From NCBI GenBank assembly GCA_965221865.1, contig OZ244918.1:91259-155258 (forward strand): DNA of 64,000 nt, given 5' to 3'. Made by a program: the position numbers and the translations under genes. The notes beneath the pieces were generated by a model. It was given only the letters and a program-made list of their open reading frames with translations, had not been told where the DNA came from and did not search any database. Positions 1-9,915 of the stretch are shown here, piece by piece. Position 1 is the first letter of the stretch. The number at the start of each line of letters is the position of its first letter. The stretch is from Candidatus Poriferisocius sp. GTDB taxonomy: Bacteria; Actinomycetota; Acidimicrobiia; Acidimicrobiales; Bin134.

Positions 1-836
1 CTCAAGACCACGCTGAACTACTAGCTGCTTCGCATCATAGAGCACCTATGAGCACAGAAGAACAACTGAATTTGTTGACTTTAGGTGTGCAGCAAGACTG
101 TGATGTTTTCAAAAACACAGTGCTCAAATTAGAAACACAACGCCTTGCGGCACAAGGTTTGAACCCTACAGAACAACAACGAACACGTCGCAGCGCCAAA
201 ATATTCAACGGTGACAATGACATGGTTGTTTTACACGCTGAGTTAGATCAGCTAGCAGGCGAAAGAGTAAAAACCGCTATGGATGCTATGACAACACGAA
301 TGTTCAAACAAGATTACCGTGTCGGTAAAGATCGTAGTTTTGAACAACGCAACGCGGATGCACTAGTACACCTCATCACTGCAAACACTGAACCCTCAAC
401 AGCCAACGAAACCTGTGAACCACAACCTCAACAAACCACCATCATCCTCTCAGCAGACTATGACACCATCACCGGTCAACTACAAAGCGCCAGTCTTATC
501 GACGGCACTCCAATCGGAATAGACGAAATCCGCCGTCTAGCCTGTGAAGCCAACATTGTGCCAGCAATCTTCAACAACCAAGCACAACCCCTATATTTAG
601 GCCGCAGCAAACGAACACACACCAAAACCCAGCTACTAGCCTTATACAAACGCGACCAGCGTTGCACCAAATGCGGTATCCGCGCCACTAACTGCGAAGT
701 TCACCATATTGTGCCCTGGCAACAAGACGGCACAACCAACATAGACAACCTAACCCTCCTATGCCCCACATGCCACCACCAAACCCACAAACACACCCAC
801 CCCAAAAAACAACACAACCAACCACCCCAAGAATAA
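1..836 (+). CDS. DUF222/HNH endonuclease (REP13E12-like), 5'-truncated by the window edge
   Basis: The frame of ORF 48..836 stays open back to base 3. It has DUF222-like motifs (RSFEQRNADAL, IRRLACEANIVP, PLYLGRSKR) and an intact HNH motif RDQRCTKC..CEVHHIVPW..GTTNIDNLTLLCPTCHHQTH. Confidence 0.85.
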   Translation, partial: QDHAELLAASHHRAPMSTEEQLNLLTLGVQQDCDVFKNTVLKLETQRLAAQGLNPTEQQRTRRSAKIFNGDNDMVVLHAELDQLAGERVKTAMDAMTTRMFKQDYRVGKDRSFEQRNADALVHLITANTEPSTANETCEPQPQQTTIILSADYDTITGQLQSASLIDGTPIGIDEIRRLACEANIVPAIFNNQAQPLYLGRSKRTHTKTQLLALYKRDQRCTKCGIRATNCEVHHIVPWQQDGTTNIDNLTLLCPTCHHQTHKHTHPKKQHNQPPQE

Positions 837-904
837 GAAAAAGATGCATAAGAAAAAAATGAAAAAAGGTGGGAAGAACTCACACCGCACAACCCACCAA
901 CGCT

Positions 905-928
905 GCGTTAGCAACCAGTAGCTAACGC
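905..928. terminator. Possible bidirectional terminator hairpin between convergent genes
   Basis: GCGTTAGC-aaccagta-GCTAACGC forms a perfect 8-bp stem, but there is no clear U-tract. Confidence 0.3.
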
Positions 929-1404
929 TGGGTAAAGGCTACAGCTAGCCAACGATCGCGAAGAGGAAAGTTCACTAGCTGCGTCATCGCGTCTAATAAG
1001 AACACAAGCACCTCTTTTGGTTCCCGACCTTCAGACAGCTCATACACCAAACCACGTTTAATGTGATCTTGGCGACGATGCCATCCTTCGGGTTCCACAA
1101 CCCCACGTTCAGCTAGCAGCGCTGCTGCTTTAGCGCCTGCCCCGTGCTGTAAACCAACCGATGCCCGCTGCCACTTATCTCTTTTATGATGACCCGGCAC
1201 CCAAGTACCTAGCGGCACAGATGGCCCTTTAGCAGTAAAAAGCTTAAATATGGGCGACTCCACAGGGCGATGCTCATCGGCCACCATCGGCTGCACGTTC
1301 ACCCACCCCGACCCATCACCGCGAGCAGCAAGTGTCATCATCTCATGCACAACCAACTCAAGCTCTGTGCGATCAAAGCGGATGTAATTTTTATCTAAGG
1401 CCAC
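922..1404 (-). CDS. Hypothetical protein
   Basis: 160-aa ORF with natural composition filling the gap; no motif recognised. Confidence 0.75.
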   Translation of the reverse strand: MALDKNYIRFDRTELELVVHEMMTLAARGDGSGWVNVQPMVADEHRPVESPIFKLFTAKGPSVPLGTWVPGHHKRDKWQRASVGLQHGAGAKAAALLAERGVVEPEGWHRRQDHIKRGLVYELSEGREPKEVLVFLLDAMTQLVNFPLRDRWLAVAFTQR

Positions 1405-1503
1405 TGCTACTCAATGCTACTGTTGCCAAAAACGCGCTGAACGTCTAACTAAGGTCAAACTTAACGCAAAACTTCACCTGCCTAAGCGATAATCTCAACA
1501 AAT

Positions 1504-3438
1504 ATGGCTAACCAACCGCTATCTGTCAACAAACCCCAAACATCTCTAAAAGAACCACCTACTACTATCGCCCCAGATCGCCCGCTTCACATAGCAGTTC
1601 TAGCTAAGCAAATCCCGATGGTTGAAAACATGCAACTTGGCTCAGATGGCCGCCTGGTGCGTGACGGGGTAGAGATGCACATGAACGACTACTGCCGCAG
1701 AGCCGTAGCTAAAGGCACAGAGATCGCACAAACCAGCGGCGGAACAGTCACAGTGTTTACGCTCGGGCCCCCTCTGGCTGAAAACGTGTGCCGCGAAGCA
1801 ATCTTGTATGGAGCCAACAAGGGTATCCACATTTGCGACCCAGCTTTTGCAGGTTCTGATACATGGGCCACCGCAAAAGCTCTTGCTGCAGCCTTACAAA
1901 GGTTTGGGCCGTTTGATTTGGTGCTAATGGGACGCAACTCTGTAGATGCTGATACCGGCCAAGTGCCACCGCAACTAGCCCAAATGCTGGGGTTGCCTTT
2001 TTCTACCGGTGTGCGTTACTTCTCACTACACGGAGATCTAGCTGAACTCCGCTTAGAACACGACGACCAGTGGGTAGATGCAAACGTCAAACTGCCCGCA
2101 GTACTGTCATGTGCTGAACGCCTATGCGACCCTTGCAAAATCAAAGATCCACAGGCTTGGGCAACCGTTGACGCTGCACTAATCCAAACCGTGAGTGCCA
2201 CTGAGCTAGGCGCAGGGCCTTGGGGCCAAGCTGCTAGCCCCACAGCGGTTGGTCATGTGCATACCATAGATATACAACGTCAGCGCCGCATGCTTAGCGG
2301 CACTCTGGAACGTCAAGCAGAACAAGCCACAGCAATGCTTGTTGATTTAGGTGTGCTTGGCCATTCAGCTAACCCTGACACACGCCAAACACGGTGTTCA
2401 ACTCTCAACCCAGAGTTGAACACCGTAGCTAATGTAACCCCAGCAGCTTCACAGGCCAACGAAGCAACAATTGCGGTTCTTGTGGAACCAAGAAGAGATC
2501 GTGTTACAAAAGAACTTTTAGGCGCAGCAGCAGCTCTAGCCAAAAAAATTGATGGGCGGGTAGCAGCGCTTGGACCAAATCTTGAAGACACCAACCTAGA
2601 GCTAGGCTCGTGGGGTGCTGATCAACAAATCGCTATCGATAACACTGACAATAACAACAAGCCCAACAGCAACATTCCCCCACCTGTAGAAGAAGACATC
2701 GCCGCCGCTATCAGCGCATGGGCGCACACTACCCAGCCCTGGGCTGTGCTAGCGCCCGGCACAGCTTGGGGGCGTGAAGTGGCATCACGCATGTCTGCAA
2801 CACTCAACGCTGGGCTCACCGGCGATGCTGTAGAGCTAAAAGTAAACGAACACGGCAGGTTAATCGCTTTAAAACCAGCATTTGGAGGGTTACTGGTTGC
2901 CGAAATTCTCTGCTCCTCACCAATTCAGATGGCAACAGTGCGTCCTGGAGTGCTGCCATTGCTCTCCCCAAACCCCAACCGTCCTCAAGCTGTTCGCAAC
3001 AGTCTTACTAGCCCTCGTAACAGTCGTATAAAAATTATCGCAACCTATAAAGAAGACGATAGCGACGAATTAGCTAACGCTTCGGTGGTTATTGGCGTTG
3101 GACAAGGGGTAAACCCACAGGACTACCCCGTCTTAGAAAAACACCGTAACGTTATCGGGGCTGCTTTATGTGCTACTCGCAAAGTAACCGACTACGGTTG
3201 GATGCCACGCTCTCGTCAGGTGGGAATTACAGGACATAGCATTAGCCCTCAGCTTTATATCGCCATCGGTACAAGTGGAAAGTTCAACCACACCGTAGGC
3301 GTAAGAAATGCGGGCACTGTAATAGGCATTAATCCCGATCCTGATGCTCCTTTATGGGATGTGGCCGATATCGGCATTATAGGTGACTGGGTTGAAGTGT
3401 TTGACGTGCTTATTCCACGCCTAGCTAGCTATTGCTAG
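1504..3438 (+). CDS. Fused electron transfer flavoprotein beta+alpha (FixA-FixB type)
   Basis: The N-half has ETF-beta motifs (IAVLAKQIP, AFAGSDTWATA, DADTGQVPPQLA). The C-half has ETF-alpha motifs (KPAFGG, ATVRPG, QVGITG, LYIAIGTSGKFNH, INPDPDAP). Confidence 0.9.
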   Translation: MANQPLSVNKPQTSLKEPPTTIAPDRPLHIAVLAKQIPMVENMQLGSDGRLVRDGVEMHMNDYCRRAVAKGTEIAQTSGGTVTVFTLGPPLAENVCREAILYGANKGIHICDPAFAGSDTWATAKALAAALQRFGPFDLVLMGRNSVDADTGQVPPQLAQMLGLPFSTGVRYFSLHGDLAELRLEHDDQWVDANVKLPAVLSCAERLCDPCKIKDPQAWATVDAALIQTVSATELGAGPWGQAASPTAVGHVHTIDIQRQRRMLSGTLERQAEQATAMLVDLGVLGHSANPDTRQTRCSTLNPELNTVANVTPAASQANEATIAVLVEPRRDRVTKELLGAAAALAKKIDGRVAALGPNLEDTNLELGSWGADQQIAIDNTDNNNKPNSNIPPPVEEDIAAAISAWAHTTQPWAVLAPGTAWGREVASRMSATLNAGLTGDAVELKVNEHGRLIALKPAFGGLLVAEILCSSPIQMATVRPGVLPLLSPNPNRPQAVRNSLTSPRNSRIKIIATYKEDDSDELANASVVIGVGQGVNPQDYPVLEKHRNVIGAALCATRKVTDYGWMPRSRQVGITGHSISPQLYIAIGTSGKFNHTVGVRNAGTVIGINPDPDAPLWDVADIGIIGDWVEVFDVLIPRLASYC

Positions 3439-3505
3439 TGCATTGCCACGGCCCTAACTAAACATGACCTACTAGAAACAATCTTTATGATATGACCCGC
3501 CAGAG

Positions 3506-4855
3506 ATGATACGGCAAAAGCAAAATATGCGCTTCGCAATTCTGGTTTTGCTAACCCTTGGGGGCTTAGGTATAAGCGCATGCGGATCAGACTCAAGCAG
3601 CGATATTGCCCCCACAGCAACACTTCAACCTGTCGCAACCCCCACATCGAGTATCCCCGCACCTATTCCTAGTTTATTTATAACCCCGGTTTTTCAACCT
3701 AACGGCAACCGCCTAGCACAAGGTTCAGGTTTAGCAACAGGCTTCATTCAAGATGTTCCCACCAAAGATATAGAACTAGGCGGTACTCCTACATGGATAA
3801 CGGGTACTAGCACCCCTGAAGGCGATGTTTGGGTAGTAGCTCTAGATGATGGCTCTACGCAGGCATATCAAATACCCATTGGTGCTCCCCCTCGGCCACT
3901 AGAGATTGGCAGCAAGCGCTTAGAACCAGATCAACCGCCTGTCTTAGCGGTGCAAAGCAGTTCGGTTAACGTGGCCACTACGCCAGCAAACGCCTCGGCC
4001 AACAGCGTGCCTGTTCATCTAGCAGGCCAACGAATCGCCTACATCGATAACCTACAACGTCTCACCGTGTTAGAACCCGATGGCAGTTTGTGGCGGCCCG
4101 ACATAGAAGTACTGCCCGACAGCCGCCTCTTACAACTCAGCGAAGAGCAAATAATAGTATTGGCCAAACCCACTAGCCGCCATAGTTATTCTGCGTTGGG
4201 CGACGATTTGGAGTCCACAGCGTTAGTAGTTGTAACCGTAGGCAGCAACGAAGTGAGCACCATCTACACATCTGGTGAAGCTGTAATAGAATCTCTTGCG
4301 CCAGTACTAGCAGATATTAATGGTGATGACGTAGATGAGGTGTCGCTCACCGTGAGCGATGATACCAACAGTTGGTCGGTTGTGGTATCTACAGCTGGTG
4401 AAGGTGAGTTAGCACGAAGCCAACCAACTGATCGGCTTTTTGGCTGGCGCTATATCTTCGCTGTGGGCCCCTTAGGGCCCAACGGACAAACTCAGCTAGC
4501 AGAAATGCTCTACCCTAGCGGACAAGGCTCTTTGTCTTTTCTGCAACGACAGGGACAGAACCTTAACGTAGTAGCCTCTCTTAGGGGCTATCGTTCGCAT
4601 GAGTTTGGTTCCCGCAACCTAGAACAGGCTTTAGCAGCAGATGTTGATCGTGACGGTCTTATCGAAGTGATTGCGCCTACATTTGATCGCCAGCACATTG
4701 CTGGCATCGGTCATAGACCAGAAGGTGCAACCGAGATTTGGCGTCGCTCTATTGGAGGCACTCTGGCAACAAACATTGCAGTTATAGAACGTCTTGATGG
4801 CACCGTATCTTTAGCGGCAGCCACCAGCCAGGGTTCTTTGCGCATATGGCAGTAA
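3506..4855 (+). CDS. Putative lipoprotein with FG-GAP-like repeats
   Basis: Lipobox-like LGISAC, a P/T-rich linker, and DINGDDVDEV / DVDRDGLIEV Ca-binding-like motifs. Confidence 0.75.
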   Translation: MIRQKQNMRFAILVLLTLGGLGISACGSDSSSDIAPTATLQPVATPTSSIPAPIPSLFITPVFQPNGNRLAQGSGLATGFIQDVPTKDIELGGTPTWITGTSTPEGDVWVVALDDGSTQAYQIPIGAPPRPLEIGSKRLEPDQPPVLAVQSSSVNVATTPANASANSVPVHLAGQRIAYIDNLQRLTVLEPDGSLWRPDIEVLPDSRLLQLSEEQIIVLAKPTSRHSYSALGDDLESTALVVVTVGSNEVSTIYTSGEAVIESLAPVLADINGDDVDEVSLTVSDDTNSWSVVVSTAGEGELARSQPTDRLFGWRYIFAVGPLGPNGQTQLAEMLYPSGQGSLSFLQRQGQNLNVVASLRGYRSHEFGSRNLEQALAADVDRDGLIEVIAPTFDRQHIAGIGHRPEGATEIWRRSIGGTLATNIAVIERLDGTVSLAAATSQGSLRIWQ

Positions 4856-7251
4856 ACCCAGCAGTAAACCCAAGCGACATCTTGGCAGATACCACAGTTG
4901 ACCCACAACAGGGTCTGAGCCAAGAACAAGTCGCTAGCCGCATCGCCAACGGCCAAACCAATCAGGTGCCCGCCGCACCGGTAAGAACGCTAGCGCAGAT
5001 ATTACGTGCCAACGTGTTCTCACCAGTCAACGGCATCATGCTGGTGCTCTTCGCCGCTATTTTGGTGGCGGGGTATCCTCGCGATGGCCTCTTCGTGGGT
5101 GTGGTTTTGTCTAACGCTGTTATCGGTGTGGCTCAAGAAATCAGAGCTAAACGAGAGCTAGAACGCCTCGCAGTGCTAAGTGCTCCTAAAGCCAAAGTGG
5201 TTCGTGCAGGGCAAACACTTGAGCTACCTGTTAGTGAAGTTGTCGCCGATGAGGTGATGGAACTCCTAGCAGGAGATCAAGTGGTAGTAGACGGTCGGGT
5301 GTTGCGATCATTAGGTTTGGAAGCTGACGAATCGCTCCTTACTGGCGAGGCTGACCCCATAGAGAAACAAACAGGTGACGAACTGTTATCAGGCAGCTTT
5401 ATAGCTGCGGGTAGCGGCCGATTTCAAGCTACGCGTATTGGAGCAACCTCCTATGCCAGCTCGCTTGCGGAGGAAGCTCGTCGCTTTACGCTAGTTAACA
5501 GCGAACTACGTCTGGGTATCAATACCGTGCTGCGTTGGTTGATTGTAATCATCCCACCAGCTTCGGCGCTGCTCATAGTTATCTTGTTGGACATAGAACA
5601 GCGTTGGCAAGAAGCCCTACAGGGCACTGTAGCGGCTGCTGTAGCAATGGTGCCAGATGGTTTAGTGTTGCTTACTAGCTTGTCGTTCGTTGCAGGGGTG
5701 ATTGCTTTAGCACGTCGCCGCGCGCTAGCAAAAGAACTAGCTACCGTAGAGTTGCTTGCACGTACCGATGTGCTCTGCCTCGATAAAACAGGCACCATAA
5801 CAACCGGTCATATCAGCTTTGGGGAAGTAGAAATTTTAGGTGATGCTAATGCCACAACAACGGTTGCAGCACTAGCGGCCATGGCGCACACAGACGAAGC
5901 CCCCAACGCCACAATGTTGGCTATACGCGATTTTTATCCTAGCCCAACAAACCCTGATGAAACATGGGATCTTGTAAAAGCCATCGCATTTTCTAGCGCC
6001 CGCAAATGGTCTGCAATGGAGTTTGCTAAGCGCGGCACCTACTATTTCGGTGCCCCAGACGTGCTTGCTAGCCAACATCCTGAGATAATGCAAAAAGTAG
6101 CTGCTCATGCCGAAGCTGGCAGACGTGCCTTGTTATTTGCCCACACCGTGCAGTCTTTAGCGGACAACAAGCTGCCTGCAAACTACCAACCCATAGCAAT
6201 TGTGCTGCTTGAAGATACCATTCGCCCCGACGCTGCAGACATTTTAGCTTATTTTAAACGCCAAGGTGTCAATCTAAAAGTGATCTCAGGTGATCACACG
6301 GCAACAGTGGCTGCTGTAGCTAAACGTGCTGGTATCCCCCACGCTGAAACCAGCATGGACGCTCAGGACTTACCCGAAGGCCCCGAACAACTAGCTGAAG
6401 CACTAGCCACAAACACCGTGTTTGGTCGGGTGACACCGCAACAAAAACGTTCCATGGTTAATGCTTTGCAATCTAGAGGCCACACTGTAGCCATGACAGG
6501 TGATGGGGTGAACGATGTGCTAGCACTAAAAGATGCTGATATGGGCATTGCTATGGGCAGCGGCTCGGCCTCATCAAGGGCAGTAGCGCAACTGGTGCTT
6601 TTAGACAACTCTTTTGCAACCTTACCTGAAGTGTTAGCGCAAGGGCGTAAGGTGATCAACAATGTAGAAAGGGTAGCTAACCTTTTTGTTACTAAGGCTG
6701 CATATGCAGTGTTGCTGACCCTCTTGGTGAGCATCTTTGCAGTAGAGTATCCGTTTTTACCACGCCATTTAACCCTAGTTGGAACCTTTTCTATTGGTGT
6801 ACCAGGGCTTTTTTTAGCTCTTGCTCCTAGCACAGAACTAATCCGACCTGGATTTTTGCCACGCGTTCTGCAGTTCTCCATTCCTGCAGGAACGCTAGCT
6901 GCAAGTGCTGCTTTTTTTACCTATGAAATAGCCCGCCGTCACCAAGAGGTCACTTTGGCGCAAGCTCGTACTATCGCCACGCTCACCCTGCTAGGAGTAG
7001 GTTTGGTGATCTTGGTGGTTATCAGTCGCCCGCTACAACCGTGGAAAATTGGCCTAGCTGCAGCAATGGCCGGATCTTATCTGCTGGTGATGATATGGCC
7101 ATTTGCCCGTAACTTTTTCGAACTAGACCCTCCCCCAGCTTGGGTATGGGTGCCAACGTCTGCAGCGATAGCGATAGCAGGGGCTGGGGTTATACTCATT
7201 CCTAGAGCTTTGCAACGCTACCAAAACCAGACAAAACAACAGATTGGTTAA
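4846..7251 (+). CDS. Cation-translocating P-type ATPase, CtpE-like
   Basis: DKTGT phosphorylation motif, LTGEAD, MTGDGVNDVLALK and multiple TM helices. Confidence 0.93.
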   Translation: MAVNPAVNPSDILADTTVDPQQGLSQEQVASRIANGQTNQVPAAPVRTLAQILRANVFSPVNGIMLVLFAAILVAGYPRDGLFVGVVLSNAVIGVAQEIRAKRELERLAVLSAPKAKVVRAGQTLELPVSEVVADEVMELLAGDQVVVDGRVLRSLGLEADESLLTGEADPIEKQTGDELLSGSFIAAGSGRFQATRIGATSYASSLAEEARRFTLVNSELRLGINTVLRWLIVIIPPASALLIVILLDIEQRWQEALQGTVAAAVAMVPDGLVLLTSLSFVAGVIALARRRALAKELATVELLARTDVLCLDKTGTITTGHISFGEVEILGDANATTTVAALAAMAHTDEAPNATMLAIRDFYPSPTNPDETWDLVKAIAFSSARKWSAMEFAKRGTYYFGAPDVLASQHPEIMQKVAAHAEAGRRALLFAHTVQSLADNKLPANYQPIAIVLLEDTIRPDAADILAYFKRQGVNLKVISGDHTATVAAVAKRAGIPHAETSMDAQDLPEGPEQLAEALATNTVFGRVTPQQKRSMVNALQSRGHTVAMTGDGVNDVLALKDADMGIAMGSGSASSRAVAQLVLLDNSFATLPEVLAQGRKVINNVERVANLFVTKAAYAVLLTLLVSIFAVEYPFLPRHLTLVGTFSIGVPGLFLALAPSTELIRPGFLPRVLQFSIPAGTLAASAAFFTYEIARRHQEVTLAQARTIATLTLLGVGLVILVVISRPLQPWKIGLAAAMAGSYLLVMIWPFARNFFELDPPPAWVWVPTSAAIAIAGAGVILIPRALQRYQNQTKQQIG

Positions 7252-7256
7252 CTCCT

Positions 7257-8198
7257 ATGAAAGCAGTTGGTGTAAACACCTTTGGCGGGCCTGAGGCTCT
7301 AGAAATAGTAGATTTACCTACTCCTAACGCAGGTCCCGGTGAAGTGCGAATCCGTGTTCATGCCGCAGCAGTGAGCCCTACCGACACTCATGTGCGTGCA
7401 GGCAGCCGTGCTAGCCGCCAAGCCGAGGAAAGCCCACCGCCTTATGTGCCTGGTATGGATGCAGCTGGAGTGCTAGACCAAATTGGGGCGGGAACCCAAA
7501 CTGATTTGTCAGTAGGTGATCATGTGATGGCCGTTGTGGTTCCTAAGGGCCAACACGGCGCCTACTCGGAATATATAGTTCTACCAGCAGAGTCGGTAGC
7601 TAAAATACCTCAGGGAGCTTCGTTTGCCGAAGCTAGCACCTTACCTATGAACGGCTTAACCGCTAAGTACAGTTTAGAGCAGCTGGCATTGGTGCCAGGT
7701 CAAACGCTAGCCGTTACCGGTGCTGCGGGCTGCTACGGCGGCTATATGGTGGAGTTAGGAAAAGCCGCCGGCTTACAAGTAATTGCCGATGCCTCAGAAG
7801 CCGACGAAGAACTAGTTGCTGCTTTAGGTGCCGATGTTGTGGTGCGCCGTGGTGATGATGTTGCCGAGCGAATCCGCCAACATTTCCCGCAAGGAACAGA
7901 CGGACTAGCTGATGGCTCTGTACAAATGGACATGTTGGTAGCAGCAGTGCGAGACGGTGGGAGCTTTGCTTCGGTACGCGGTTGGACAGGCAACGCAGAG
8001 CGCAACATCACTTTTCATAAAACATGGGTGTTTGAGTATGCCAAAGAACAAGCTCAGCTTGACCGCTTACGCCAACAAGTCGAACAAGGGCAAGTAACGC
8101 TACGAGTAGCTGGTACGGTTCCCGCCGAGAACGCAGCCGAAGCTCACCGCCGTCTAGAAGCAGGCAGCACGCGTGGCCGCTGGGTGATTGAGTTTTAG
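7257..8198 (+). CDS. NADP-dependent oxidoreductase (MDR/quinone reductase family)
   Basis: GGPEAL..PGPGEVRIRVHAA, PGMDAAG and VTGAAGCYG nucleotide-binding motif. Confidence 0.9.
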   Translation: MKAVGVNTFGGPEALEIVDLPTPNAGPGEVRIRVHAAAVSPTDTHVRAGSRASRQAEESPPPYVPGMDAAGVLDQIGAGTQTDLSVGDHVMAVVVPKGQHGAYSEYIVLPAESVAKIPQGASFAEASTLPMNGLTAKYSLEQLALVPGQTLAVTGAAGCYGGYMVELGKAAGLQVIADASEADEELVAALGADVVVRRGDDVAERIRQHFPQGTDGLADGSVQMDMLVAAVRDGGSFASVRGWTGNAERNITFHKTWVFEYAKEQAQLDRLRQQVEQGQVTLRVAGTVPAENAAEAHRRLEAGSTRGRWVIEF

Positions 8199-9569
8199 CT
8201 AAGCGCTTGCCACAGCGGGCACTTCAGACAAGGCTTTGGCGATGGCCTCATCGCTGAGGTCTAGGTCTACTACTGAACCCGACAGGTAGCTTTCATAGGA
8301 AGCTAAATCTAAGTGTCCATGGCCGCACATAGCGGTGAGAATCACTTTACTTTCACCAGATTCTTTGCAGGCCAGAGCTTCACGTATAGCCGCAGCTATG
8401 GCATGGGTTGGTTCTGGTGCGGGCACGATTCCCTCAGTACGGGCAAACTGAAGTCCCGCAGCAAAGCACTCTTGTTGTGAGATTGCCACTGCCTCAACCA
8501 AGCCTTGTTCATATATGTGCGACACAAGCGGTGACATACCGTGATAGCGCAGTCCTCCAGCATGAATCGGATCGGGAATAAAGCTGTGCCCAAGAGTGTG
8601 CATTTTCAACAAGGGGGTCATCTGCGCGGTGTCTCCAAAATCGTAGCGGTACTCACCTTTAGTCAATGTTGGACAAGCCGCAGGTTCTACACAGCGGATC
8701 ACCGGGTTCATACGCCCAGTCAGCTTCTCCCTCAAAAACGGAAACGAAAGCCCACCAAAGTTGGAACCACCACCAGTGCAACCTACAAGCACATCAGGGG
8801 TTTCCTCTACCATTGCTAGTTGCTTGAGAGCTTCCTCACCAATAATGGTCTGGTGCAGCAAAACGTGGTTTAAAACGCTGCCTAGCGCGTAACGAGCATT
8901 CGGGTCTACCGCAGCTTCTGCTACAGCCTCACTAATAGCAATACCTAAAGAGCCATTGTGGTTGGGGTTTTCGGCTAACAGCTTACGACCGTAGGTGGTC
9001 ACCTCTGAGGGGCTGGAATACACTTTGGCACCCCAAACCTCCATCATGGTTTTGCGATATGGTTTTTGACGATAGGAAGCTGCTACCTGCCATACCTCAC
9101 AAGCCATGTTGTATTGAGCACAAGCAAAAGCCAGCGCGCTCCCCCATTGGCCTGCTCCTGTTTCTGTGGTAAGCCTTTGAACCCCCTCTTGATGGTTGTA
9201 ATATGCTTGCGGCACAGCAGTGTTAGGTTTATGCGATCCAGCAGGACTAACGCCTTCATACTTGTAAAAGATTTTGGCGGGAGTATCTAAGGCTTGTTCT
9301 AGGCGTCGCGCTCTAAAAAGCGGACTGGGCCTCCACAGCCGCAAAACATCTAAAACACCACCGGGAATATCTACATATGATTCGGGGGTAACCTCCTGCA
9401 TGATGAGTTCCATTGGAAAAAGCGGTGCTAAATCATCTGGCCCCACAGGCGCAAGCGTGCCAGGATGTAAAGGTGGGGGTGGCGGGGAAGGTAGGTCGCT
9501 AATAACGTTGTACCATTGAGTGGGTAACTCAGAATCAGGTAATACGACACGATAGTAATCGTCAACCAT
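8199..9569 (-). CDS. trpB2: TrpB-like PLP-dependent enzyme (tryptophan synthase beta, TrpB2 type)
   Basis: [11 protein letters not shown] lysine, [17 protein letters not shown] and HAGGLRYHG; AAGGAGA RBS upstream. Confidence 0.92.
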   Translation of the reverse strand: MVDDYYRVVLPDSELPTQWYNVISDLPSPPPPPLHPGTLAPVGPDDLAPLFPMELIMQEVTPESYVDIPGGVLDVLRLWRPSPLFRARRLEQALDTPAKIFYKYEGVSPAGSHKPNTAVPQAYYNHQEGVQRLTTETGAGQWGSALAFACAQYNMACEVWQVAASYRQKPYRKTMMEVWGAKVYSSPSEVTTYGRKLLAENPNHNGSLGIAISEAVAEAAVDPNARYALGSVLNHVLLHQTIIGEEALKQLAMVEETPDVLVGCTGGGSNFGGLSFPFLREKLTGRMNPVIRCVEPAACPTLTKGEYRYDFGDTAQMTPLLKMHTLGHSFIPDPIHAGGLRYHGMSPLVSHIYEQGLVEAVAISQQECFAAGLQFARTEGIVPAPEPTHAIAAAIREALACKESGESKVILTAMCGHGHLDLASYESYLSGSVVDLDLSDEAIAKALSEVPAVASA

Positions 9570-9642
9570 GTGCTATCTCCTTGTGTATTGAATAATTCAC
9601 AATGTAGGTATGCTGCATACAACCTAATGTTTCTAGCTGTGA

Positions 9643-9915
9643 TTATGAACCGTAGACAGAAACACCTTGAGCATGCTTGGCAGCAAACAGCTCTAGCACC
9701 TCACCTGGATTAGCGTGGCGGCCGGTTACATGTTTGGAGTAAAGCATCTCCCCGTTTACCTCCACATCAAAGATGCCTGAACCACCTGTTTGCAAGGTTA
9801 AGTTCTCAATGATGTGCTGATAGTTCTTGAGCAGGTCATTAGCAGTGCTCACGGCACGCTCTGAATAGTCTCAAGGTACGCAATAGGTGATTTGAATTGT
9901 TTGCTTTTGGTTCAT
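9643..9915 (-). CDS. Rdx family (SelT/SelW/SelH) selenoprotein, 90 aa, Sec at codon 15
   Basis: ATG at 9915 overlaps the upstream stop (ATGA). The frame reads MNQKQTIQITYCVP-TGA(9873-9871)-DYSERAVSTANDLL..GGSGIFDVEVNGEMLYSK, i.e. CxxU plus the Rdx GxFEV motif. The ORF track calls only the part after the TGA. Confidence 0.88.
9836..9864 (-). promoter_or_regulatory. Candidate bacterial SECIS hairpin
   Basis: mRNA after the UGA reads GACUAU UCA G AGC GUGC [CGUGA] GCAC U GCU AA UGA. This is a stem-loop with a bulged U and a G-containing apical loop; the upper stem begins about 11 nt after the UGA. Confidence 0.6.
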
